Shown piece by piece: positions 1-12,700 of a stretch of DNA of 64,000 nt. Under the pieces are notes generated by a model, which made no database searches, was not told where the DNA came from, and worked only from the letters and a program-made list of their open reading frames with translations. Numbering within the stretch: the stretch's first letter is position 1; each line of letters begins with the position of its first letter. Origin of the DNA: Carcharhinus amblyrhynchos (lineage: Eukaryota); NCBI GenBank assembly GCA_965287045.1, contig OZ336895.1:23870001-23934000 (forward strand). Direction: 5' to 3'. The translations under genes were made by a program, and so were the position numbers.

Positions 1-14
1 AGCTAGATTCAATG

Positions 15-97
15 AAGGAGGCTGGGTGGGATTGTGGTCAGTGCAGATTCGATGGGTTGTATGGCCTTCTTCTGCACTGTAGGATTCTATGATTCTA
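15..97 (+). mobile_element. 3' tail of an HE1-like V-SINE
   Basis: gggtgggattgtggtcagtgcagattcgatggg...ctgcactgtaggattctatgattcta matches the tail of the SINE at 58470-58537. Confidence 0.7.
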
Positions 98-555
98 AAT
101 ACTACATCCATTAGGCAATGATTACCAATGTAGAAACAATGTCACATCCTCTTGTTCACGTATCATAAACATTAACAAACAAATTGCAAACCATTCTTAC
201 AAATGCCATAACAATGAAAAAATGTTAAAAACAATAATATCAGAAAATAACATTTTCCTTCCATCAATTAAAGCAATATATGCTTCATTGAAACATAAAG
301 AAGGGTGGGGGAAGATACTCGCATGGAGGAGTTTGCAAAATGCAGCCTATTGTTCCTATCTAATTGATGTGCAATTCTTACTTGACGCTTTTTTGCTGTT
401 TCAACATTAGACTGTGATTTGGCTGCGTTTAATCAACCGAGTAATTGCTATTGTACCAAAGTGTGAACCTAATATCACAGCTTGTATTTTAATTCTTGCA
501 CATTTCATTCCAACTTGGTGCTTTCTCTCAGTAATGTTACTCTTCACTTTCTCAG

Positions 556-723
556 CAACATCTGCAACCACGACTGCAAGTGCACACAGCACCACTGCAG
601 CAGTGAGCTCTACAACAACTGTGCCAACAAGTCCAACAGCAGAAACAGCGACAAGCAGCTCCACTCCTGCAACGACAGCCAAATCAACGACAATCACAAC
701 AACACAAGCCTCTACAACAAGCG
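556..723 (+). CDS. First PTS exon of the array (type A, 168 nt)
   Basis: ttcactttctcag|CAACATCTG...ACAAGCG|gtgggt; encodes TSATTTASAHSTTAAVSSTTTVPTSPTAETATSSSTPATTAKSTTITTTQASTTS. Confidence 0.8.
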
Positions 724-3700
724 GTGGGTGTCCAAATACAGGTTTATGTATACTATAATGTAATTCCTCTTAATTTAAATTTTGTGTTTCACTACGTAAC
801 AAAATAAATACAAAATATTGCAGTTTTATTGTTTTAATTAATATTAACGCAGGGAGAATCATTTGCCAGCTTCCACTTTAACTCTTCGACAACATGCCGA
901 TGCTGTTTATTGACGAATTTGTTAACAAACCTGAGCTAATTGTATATCAATTCATATTTACCAACATGGTATTGCAAGTTGCTGTTTTGCATCAAAAATG
1001 TCATCATTTATTTCCAATGAAACAGCAATTACATCCTTTTTTTTATCAACTCATGGCACTTTGTATTTAATGCACCTTTTTGAGTTTGGTATTGTAAGTT
1101 GCTGGTGTGACTCAGATTTGCCATTATTTCCTTCTCACTGAAACAGCAGAAACATCAGCCTCAACTGCACAGAGCACCACTGCAGCAGTGAGCTCTGCAT
1201 CAACTCCTACATCAACAAGTACAGCAGAATCAACAACTACAACAATCTCTACTCCAGCACCAACAGCTGAATCAACAATAATCACAACAACACAAGCCCC
1301 TACGACAAGTGGTGAGTAACCTGGTCCATTTTTCTGTTCCAATCGAATTCTGTGAGATTTCAAGCAGGATTATGATAACATACTAATATTTTAAAAACAC
1401 TCCTGATTTGCTGCTTACAGTTACAGGAGAATCTTTGGAAAATTCATCAGTTGTTTCGTATCTTTTGCAAATATTTTTGGCAAATTTATAATCTGTTCAA
1501 TTATCAGCAAATTATCAGTGTGTTTTTATTGTACGTTTCAGAGTAAGATATTCCAATTTGTGGGTTTACCTCATAGAAATCATTAAATATTTTCACTGCA
1601 GCAACAGAAACCTCAACTGCCAGTAGCAGCACTGCAATATCAGCCTCTTCATCAACTCCTGCAACAACAAGTACATCAGGAGCAACAACAACAGAACGTT
1701 CCACTCCAGCTTCAACAAGCATCTCAACATCAACACTCACTACAACAAGTGGTGAGTATCATTGTAAAACTAATGTTCCAATCTAATTCATGTTTAAATA
1801 TCCTCTGACTTTTTTTGCCTTTCAACATTTGACACAATTAATCAGCTGAGTAACTTGTATTGTAACTAAGTGTTTAACAGAAGACAGCATTTTGTATTTC
1901 AATCAGATTGTCTGTGCATTTTCTCCAACTTGGCTCTTTCTCTCAGTAATGTCATTCTTCACTTTCTCAGCAACATCTCCAACCATGACTGTAAGTGCAC
2001 AGAGCACCACTGCAGCAGTGAGCTCTACATCAACAATAATGTCATCAAGTCCAACAGCAGAAACAACAACAAGCAGCTCCACTCCTGCATCGACAGCTGA
2101 ATCCACGACAATCACAACAACACAAGCTCCTACGACAAGTGGTGAGTATCCAAATACTGAAAAATGGTGTTCCAATGAAATTGCTCTCAATTTAAATCAT
2201 GTGATAATCTACTTAATAGAATAAGCAGAAAATATTGCAGTTTTATTGTGTATATACAGATTAATGAAGGGGGCAAATCATTTTCCATTTTCACATTCTG
2301 CAATGTGTCTGCTACAACATGACAATGTCATATTTTCTGTGAATTTGTTAACATGTCAGGGAGATTTGTATATTTATGCACATTTTCGAGTTTGGTATTG
2401 TAAGTTGCTGGTGTGACTCAGATTTGCCATTATTTGCCTCTCACTAAAATAGCAGAAACATCAACGTCAACTGCACAGAGCACCACTGCAGCAGTGAGCT
2501 CTACATCAGCAGCAATGTCTACAAGTCCAACAACAGAAACAACAATAAGCAGCTCCACTCCTGCATCAACAGCTGAATCAACGACTATCACAACAACACA
2601 AGCGTCTCCAACAAGTGGTGAGTGTTCAAATCCAGGTTTATCTGATGCTTTCATGCAATTCCCCTAATTTTAAATTTTGTGTTTCACTACACAACAAAAT
2701 AAACACAAAATATTGCAGTTTTATTGTTTAAATTAATATTAATACAGGTAGAATCATTTGCCAGCTTCTGTTTTAAGTCTTCTACAACATGCCGGTGCTA
2801 TTTATTGACGAATTTGTTAACAAACCTGAGCTACTTGTATATCAATTCATATTTACCAACATGGTATTGCAAGTTGCTGCTTTGCATCAAAAATGTCAGA
2901 ATTTATTTCCAATGAAACAGCAATTACATCCATTTTTTATGAACTCATGGCACTTTGTATTTAATGCACATTATTGTGTTTAGTACTGTAACTTACTGGT
3001 ATGACTCAGATTTGTTATTATTTACTTCTCACCGAAACAACAGAAACATCATCCTCAACTGCACAGAGCACCACTGCAGCATTGAGCTCTGTCTCAACTC
3101 CCATATCAACAAGTACAGCAGAATCAACAACTACAACAATCTCCACTCCAGCACCCACAACTGAATCAACAACAATTACAACAACACAAGCCCCTACGAC
3201 AAGTGGTGAGTAACCTGGACCACTTTTCTGTTCCAGTCTAATTCTGTGAGTTTTCAAGCAGGATTATGACGACATGCTGATATTTCAAAAACACTCCTGA
3301 AATGCTGCTTACAGTTACAGGAGAATCTTTGGAAAATTCATCAGTTGTTTCGTATCTTTTGCAAATATTTTTGGCAAATTTATAGTATGTTCAATTATTA
3401 GCAACTTATATCTGTACATTTTCAATGTACATTTCTGAGTAAGATATTCCAATTTGTGGGTTTACCTCATAGAAATCATTAAATATTTTCACTGCAGCAA
3501 CTGTGACCTCAACTGCCGGTAGCAGCACTGCAATATCAGCCTCTTCATCAACTCCTGCAACAATAAGTACATCAGGAGTAACAACAACAGAAAGTTCCAC
3601 TCCAGCTTCAACAAGCATCCCAATGTCAACACTTGCTACAACAAGTGGTGAGCATCACTGCAAAACTAATGTTCCAATCTAATTCGTGTGCAAATATTAT

Positions 3701-6700
3701 CTGATTTTTTTTTGCTTTTCAACATTGGACATGGTTAAGCAGCTGAGTAATTTGTATTGTAACTAAGTGTTTAACAGAAGACAGCATTTTGTATTTTAAT
3801 CAGATTTTCTGTGTATTTTCTCCAACTTGGCTCTTCCTCTCAGTAATGTCACTCTTCACTTTCTCAGCAACATCTCCAACCACGACTGCAAGTGCACAGA
3901 GCACCACTGCAGCAGTGATCTTTACACCAACAACAATGTCAACAAGTCCAACAGCAGAAACAACAAGCAGCTCCACTCCCGCATCGACAGCTGAATCCAC
4001 GACAATCACAACACAAGCCCCTATGACAAGTGGTGAGTATCCAAAAACTGAAAAATAGTGTTCTAATTACAGTGTTCTCAATTTAAATCATGTGATAGAC
4101 TATTTAATAAAATAAGCAGAAAAGATTGCAGTTTTATTGTTTATATTCAGATTAATGAAGGGGACAAATCATTTTCCATTTTCACATTCTGCAACGTGTC
4201 TGCTACAACGTACCAATGTCATATTTTGCGTGGATTTGTTCACATATCAGAGAGATTTATATACTCATGCACATTTTTGAGTTTGGTATTGTAAGTTGCT
4301 GCTGTGACTCAGATTTGCCATTATTTGCTTCTCACTGAAACAGCAGAAACATCAACCTCAACTGCACAGAGCACCACTGCAGCAGTGAGCTCTACATCAG
4401 CAACAATATCTACAAGTCCAACAACAGAAACAACAACAAGCAGCTCCACTTCTGCATCGACAGTTGAATCAACTATCACAACAACACAAGCGTCTCCAAC
4501 AAGTGGTGAGTGTTCAAATCCAGGTTTATCTGATGCTTTCATGTAATTCCTCTAAATTTAAATTTTGTGTTTTACTGCATTACAAAATAAATACAAAATA
4601 TTGCATTTCTATTGTTTCAATTAATATTAATGCAGGGAGAATCATTTGCCAGCTTCCACTTTGACTCTTCTACAACATGATTCTGCTGTTTATTGACGAA
4701 TTTGTTAACAAACCTGAGCTAATTGTACATCAATTCATATTTACCATCAGGATATTGCAAGTTGCTGTTTTGTATCAAAGATGGCATCATTTATTTCCAA
4801 CGAAACAGCAATTACATTCAGTTTTTTATCAGCTCATGGCACTTTGTATTTAATGCACATTTTTGTGTTTGGTATTGTAACTTGCTGGTGTGACTCAGAT
4901 TTGCCATTATTTGCCTGTCACTGAAACAGCAGAAATATCAACCTCAACTGCACAGAGCACCACTGCAGCATTGAGCTCTGCATCAACTCCCACATCAACA
5001 ACTACAACAATCTCCACTCCAGCACCAACAACTGAATCAACAACAATCACAACACAAGCCCCTACGACAAGTGGTGAGTAACCTGGTCCATTTTCGTGTT
5101 CCAGTCTAATTCTGTGAGTTTTCAAGCAGGATTGTGACGACATGCTGATATTTTTAAAAACATTGCCAATTTGCTGCTTACAGTTACAGGAGAATCTTTG
5201 GAACATTCATCAGTTGTTTCGTATCTTTTGCAAATATTTTTGGCAAACTTATAGTATGTACAATTATTAGCAAATCATATCTGTACATTTTCAATGTACA
5301 TTTCTGAGTAAGATATTCCAATGTGTGGGTTTACCTCATAGAAATCATTAAATATTTTCACTGCAGCAACAGAAACCTCAACTGCTGGTAGCAGCACTGC
5401 AATATCAGCCTCTTCATCAACTCCTGCAACAACAAGTACATCAGGAGCAACAACAACAGAAAGTTCCACTCCAGCTTCAACAAGCATCTCAATGTCAACA
5501 CTTGCTACAACAAGTGGTGAGTATCACTGCAAAACTAATGTTCCAATCTAATTCGTGCACAAATATTACCTGTTTTTTTTTGCTTTTCAACATTGCACAT
5601 TGGTTAAGCAGCTGAGTAATTTGTTTTGTAACTAAGTGTTTAACAGAAGACAGCATTTTGTGTTTTAATCTGATTTTCTGTGCATTTTCTCCAACTTGGC
5701 TCTTTCTCTCAGTAATGTCATTCTTCACTTTCTCAGCAACATCTCCAACCATGACTGCAAGTGCACAGAGCACCACTGCAGCAGTGAGCTCTACACCAAC
5801 AATAATGTCAACAAGTCCAACAGCAGAAACAACAACAAGCAGCTCCACTCCTGCATCGACAGCTGAATCAACGACAATCACAACAACACAAGCCCCTATG
5901 ACAAGTGGTGAGTATCCAAATACTGAAAAATGGTGTTCCAATGAGATTGCTCTCAATTTAAATCATGTGATAGACTATTTAATGAAATAAGCAGAAAATA
6001 TTGCAGTGTTATTGTGTATATACAGATAAATGAAGGGAGCAAATAATTTTTCATTTTCACATCCTGCAATGCGCCTGCTACAACATGACAATGTCATATT
6101 TTCTGTGAATTTGTTAACATATCAGAGGGATTTGTATATTCATGCACATTTTCGAGTTTGGTATTGTAAGTTGCTGCTGTAACTCAGATTTGCCATTATT
6201 TGCCTCTCACTAAAATAGCAGAAACATCAATGTCAACTGCACAGAGCACCACTGCAGCAGTGAGCTCCACATCAGCAACAATGTCTACAAGTCCAACAGC
6301 AGAAACAACAACAAGCAGCTCCACTCCTGCATCAACAGCTGAATCAACGACAATCACAACACAAGCCTCTCCAACAAGTGGTGAGTGTCCAAATCCAGGT
6401 TTATCAGATGATTTCATGCAATTCCCCTAAATTTAAATTTTGTCTTTCACTACGTGACAAAATAAACCTAAAATATTGCAGTTTTATTGTTTAAATTAAT
6501 ATTAATACAGGGAGAATCATTTGCCAGCTTCTGTTTTAAGTCTTCTACAACATGCCGATGCTATTTAATGACGAATTTGTTAACAAACCTGAGCTACTTC
6601 TATATCAATGCATATTTACCAACATGGTGTTGCAAGTTGCTGCTTTGCATCAAAAATGTCATCATTTATTTCCAATGAAACAGCAATTATATCCATTTTT

Positions 6701-9700
6701 TTTATCAACTCATGGCACTTTGTAATGCACATTTTTGAGTTTGGTACTGAAAGTTGCTGGTGTGACTCAGACTTGCCATTATTTGCTTCTCACCGAAGCA
6801 GCAGAAACATCAGCCTCAACTGCACAGAGCACCAGTGCAGCATCGAGCTCTGCATCAACTCCCATGTCAACAAGTACAGCAGAATCAACAACTACAACAA
6901 TCTCCACTCCAGCACCCACAACTGAATCAACAACAATCACAACAACACAAGCCCCTACGACAAGTGGTGAGTAACATGGTCCATTTTTCTGTTTCAATCT
7001 AATTCTGTGAGTTTTCAAGCAGAATGATGACTACATACTGATATTTTAAAAACACTGCCGATTTGCTGCTTACAGTTGCAGGAGAATCTTTGGAAAATTC
7101 ATCAGTTGTTTCGTATATTTTTGCAAATATTTTTGGCAACTTTATCTTTTCAATTATAAGCAAATCATATCTGTACATTTTAAATGTACATTTCTGAGTA
7201 AGATATTCCAATTTGTGGCTTTACCTCATATAAATCATTAAATATTTTCACTGCAGCAACAGAAACCTCAACTGCCGGCAGCAGCACTGCAATATCAACC
7301 TCTTCATCAACTCCTGCAACAACAAGTACATCAGGAGCAACAACAACAGAAAGTTCCACTCCAGCTTCAACAAGCATCTCAACATCAACACTCGCTACAA
7401 GTGGTGAGTATCATTGTAAAATGAATGTCCCAATCCAATTCATGCTTCAATATTCTGTGACTTGTTTTCCCTTTCAGCATTTGACACAATTAATCGGCTG
7501 AGTAATTTGTATTGTAACTAAGTGTTTAACAGAAGACAGCATTTTGTATTTTCATCAGATTGTCTGTGCATTTCCTCCAACTTGGCTGTCTCAGTAATGT
7601 CACTCTTCACTTTCTCAGCAACATCTCCAAACACGACTCCAACTGCACAGAGTACCACTGCAGCAGTGAGCTCTACACCAACAACAATGCCAACAAGTCC
7701 AACAGCAGAAACAACAACAAGAAGCTCCACCCCTGCATCGATAGCTGAATCCACGACAATCACAACACAACCCCCTACGACAAGTGGTGGGTGTCCAAAC
7801 ATAGGTTTACCTGATGCTTTCATTCACTTGGTCTAATTTTAAATTTTGTGTTTCACTACATAACAAAATAAACACAAAATATTGCAGTTTTATGGTTTAA
7901 ATTAAGGGAGTCTCATTTGCCAGCTTCTGCTTTAACTCGTCTACAACATGCCGATGCTATTTATTGACAAATTTGTTAACAGAACTGAGCTACTTGTATA
8001 TCAATGCATATTTAAAAACATGGTGTTGCAAGCTGCTGCTTTGCATCAAAAATGTCATCATTTATTTCCAATGAAACAGCAATTACATCCATTTTTTATC
8101 AACTCATGGCACTTTGTAATGCACATTTTTGAGTTTGGTGTTGTAAGTTGCTGGTATGACTCAGATTTGCCATTATTTGCTTCTCACCAAAACAGCAGAA
8201 ACATCAACCTCAACTGCACAGAGCACCAGTGTAGCATCGAGCTCTGCATCAACTCCCATATCAACAAGTACAGCAGAATCGACAACTACAACGATCTCCA
8301 CTCCAGCACCCACAACAGAATCAACAACAATCACAACAACACAAGCCCCTACGACAAGTAGTGAGTAATGTGGTTCATTTTTCTGTTCCAATCTATTTCT
8401 GTGAGTTTTCAAGCAGGATTATGACAACATACTGATATTTTAAAAACGTTCCCAATTTGCTGCTTACAGTTGCAGGAGGATCTTTGGAAAATTCATCAGT
8501 TGTTTTGTATCTTTTTGCAAATATTTTTGGCAAATTTATCTTTTCAATTATTAGCAAATCATATCTGTACATTTTAAATGTACATTTCTGAGTAAGTTAT
8601 TCCAATTTGTGGCTTTACCTCATAGAAATCATTAAATATTTTCACTGCAGCAACAGAAACCACAACTGCCGGTAGCAGCACTGCAATATCAGCCTCTTCA
8701 TCAACTCCTGCAACAACAAGTACATCAGGAGCAACAACAACAGAAAGTTCCACTCCAGCTTCAACAAGCATCTCAACATCAACACTCACTACAACAAGTG
8801 GTGAGTATCATTGTAAAATTAATGTTCCAATCGAATTTGTGTGCAAATATTATCTGATTTTTTCTTTGCCTTTCAACATTGGGCATGTTTAATCAGCTGA
8901 GTAATTTGTATTATAACTAAATGTTTAACAGAAGACAGCATTTTGTATTTTAAACAGATTGTCTGTGCATTTTCTCCAACTTGGCTTTCTCAGTAATGTC
9001 ATTCTTCACTTTCTCAGCAACACCTCCAACCATGACTGTAAGTGTACAGAGCACCACTGCAGCAGTGAGCTCTACATCAACAACAATATCTACAAGTCCA
9101 ACAGCAGAAACAACAAGCAGCTCCACTCCTGCATCGACAGCAGAATCCACGACAATCACAACACAAGCACCTACGACAAGTAGTGAGTATCCGAATACAG
9201 AAAAAAAGTGTTCCAATGACATTGCTATCAATTTAAATCATGTGATAAACTATATAATAAAATAAGCAGAAAATAGTGTAGTTTTATTGTTTATTATCAG
9301 ATTAATGAAACAGCCAAATCATTTTCCATTTTCACATTCTGCAAGGCGTTTGCTACAACAGGACAATGTCGTATTTTTGTGGATTGGTTAATATATCAGA
9401 GGGATTTGTATATTTGTGCATATTTTTGAGTTGGTATTGTAAGTTGCTGGTGTGTCTCAGATTTGCCATTGTTTGCCTGTCACTGAAACAGCAGAAAGAT
9501 CAACCTCAACTGCACAAAGCCCCACTGCAGCATCAAGCTCCGCATCAACTCCCACATCAACAAGTACAGCAGAATCAACAATTACAACAATCTCCACTCC
9601 AGCACCCACAACTGAATCAACAACAATCACAACAACACAAGCCCCTACGACAAGTGGTGAGTAACGTGGTCCATTTTCCTGTTCCAGTCTAATTCTGTGA

Positions 9701-12700
9701 GTTTTCAAGCAGGATTATGACGACATGCTAATATTTTAAAAACACCCCCGAAATGCTGCTTACAGTTACAGGAGAATCTTTGGAAAATTCATCAGTTGTT
9801 TTGTATCTTTTGCAAATATTTTTAGCAAATTTATAATCTGTTCAATTATCAGCAAATTAGCAGTGTGCTTTTATTATACGTTTCAGAGTAAGATATTCCA
9901 ATTTGTGGGTTTACCTCATATAAATCAGTTAAATATTTTCACTGCAGCAACAGAAACCTCAACTGCCGGCAGCAGCACTGCAATATCAGCCTCTTCATCA
10001 ACTCCTGCAACAACAAGTACATCAGGAGCAACAACAACAGAAAGTTCCACTCCAGCTTCAACAAGCATCTCAACATCAACACTCGCTACAACAAGTGGTG
10101 AGTATCATTGTAAAATTAATGTCCCAATCTAATTCATGTTTAAATATTCTGTAACTTTTTTTGCTTTTCAACATTTGACACAATTAATCAGCTGAGTAAT
10201 TTGTATTGTAACTAAGGGTAGAACAGAAGACAGCATTTTGTATTTTAATCAGATTGTCTGTGCATTTCCTCCAACTTGGCTCTTTCTCTCAGTAATGTCA
10301 CTCTTCACTTTCTCAGCAACATCTCCAACCACGACTGCAATTGCACAGAGCACCACTGCAGCAGTGACCTCTATACCAACAACAATGCCAACAAGTCCAA
10401 CAGCAGAAACAACAAGCAGCTCCACTCCTGCATCGACAGCTGAATCAACAACAATCACAACTACACAATCCCCTACGACAAGTGGTGGGTGTCCAAATAC
10501 AGGTTTACCTGATGCTTTCATGCACTTCATCTAATTTTAAATTTTGTGTTTCACGATATAACAAAATAAACACAAAATATTGCAGTTTTATTGTTTAAAT
10601 TAAGGGACTCTCATTTGCCAGCTTCTGCTTTAACTCTTCCACAACATGCCGATGCTATTTATTGACGAATTTGTTAACAGACCTGAGCTACTTCTATATC
10701 AATGCATATTTACCAACATGGTATTGCAAGCTGCTGCTTTGCATCAAAAATGTCATCATTTATTTCCAATGAAACAGCAATTACATCCATTTTTTAAATC
10801 AACTCATGGCACTTTGTATTTAGTGCACATTTTTGAGTTTGGTGTTGTAAATTGCTGGTATGACTGAGATTTGCCATTATTTGCTTCTCACCGAAACAGC
10901 AGAAACATCAACCTCAACTGCACAGAGCACCACTGCAGCATCAAGCTCCGCATCAACTCCCATATCAACAAGTACAGCAGAATCAACAACTACAACGATC
11001 TCCACTCCAGCACCCACAACTGAATCAACAACAATCACAACAACACAAGCCCCTATGACAAGTAGTGAGTAATGTGGTTCATTTTTCTGTTCCAATCTAT
11101 TTCTGTGAGTTTTCAAGCAGGATTATGACAACATACTGATATTTTAAAAATGTTCCCAATTTGCTGCTTACAGTTGCAGGAGAATCTTTGGAAAATTCAT
11201 CAGTTGTTTCGTATCTTTTTGCAAATATTTTTGACAACTTTATCTTTTCAATTATTAGCAAATCATATCTGTACATTTTAAATGTACATTTCTGAGTAAG
11301 TTATTCCAATTTGTGGCTTTACCTCATAGAAATCATTAAATATTTTCACTGCAGCAACAGAAACCTCAACTGCCGGTAGCAGCACTGCAATATCAGCCTC
11401 TTCATCAACTCCTGCAACAACAAGTACATCAGGAGCAACAACAACAGAAAGTTCCACTCCAGCTTCAACAAGCATCTCAACATCAACACTCACTACTACA
11501 AGTGGTGAGTATCATTGTAAAATTAATGTTCCAATCGAATTTGTGTGCAAATATTATCTGATTTTTTCTTTGCCTTTCAACATTGGACATGTTTAATCAG
11601 CTGAGTAATTTGTATTATAACTAAATGTTTAACAGAAGACAGCATTTTGTATTTTAATCAGACTTTCTGTGCATTTTCTCCAACTTGGCTCTTTCTCTCA
11701 GTAATGTCATTCTTCACTGTCTCAGCAACATCTCCAACCACGACTGCAAGTGTACAGAGCACTACTGCAGCAGTGAGCTCTACACCAACAGCAATGTCAA
11801 CAAGTCCAACAGCAGAAACAACAACAAGCAGCTCCACTCCTGCATCGACAGCTGAATCCACGACAATCACAACAACACAAGCACCTACGACAAGTGGTGA
11901 GTATCCAAATACTGAAATATGGTGTTCCAATGACATTGCTCTCAATTTAAATCATGAGACACCATTTAGTAAAATAAGCAGAAAATATTGCAGTTTTATT
12001 GTTTATATTCAGATTAATGAAGAGGGCAAATCATTTGCTAATTTCACATTCTGCAAGGCATCTGCTACAACACACCAATGTCGTATTTTGTGTGGATTTG
12101 TTAATCCATCAAAGGGATTTTTATATTTATGCACATTTTTGTGTTTGGTATTGTAAGTTGCTGGTGTGACTCAGATTTGGCATTATTTGCTTCTCGCTGA
12201 AACAGCAGAAACATCAACCTCAACTGCACAGAGCACCACTGCAGCAGTGAGCTCTACATCAGCAACAATATCAACAAGTCCAACAGCAGAAACAACAACA
12301 AGCAGCTCCGCTCCTGCACCGACAGCTGAATCAATGACTATCACAACAACACAAGCCCCTACGACAAGTGGTGAGTATGCTTTCATGCAATTCGTCTAAT
12401 TTTAAATTTTGTGTTTCACTACATAAACAAATTAAAACAAAATATTGCATTTCTATTAATCCAATTAATATTAATGCAGGGAGAGTCAGTTGTCAGCTTC
12501 CACTTTAACTCTTCTACAACATGATTCTGCTGTTTATTGACGAATTTATTAACAAACCTGAGCTAATTGTATATCAATTCATATTTACCATCAGGATATT
12601 GCAAGTTGCTGTTTTGTATCAAAGGTGGCATCATTTATATCCAACGAAACAGCAATTACATTCATTTTTCCAATCAGCTCATGGCACTTTGTATTTAATG

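Noticed and set aside
1026-1146. Extra 68-nt micro-exon between the ghost acceptor and the intronic GTAAGT at 1094
   Set aside because: It would shift frame and leave only a 53-nt intron, and the GTAAGT is mutated in several units.
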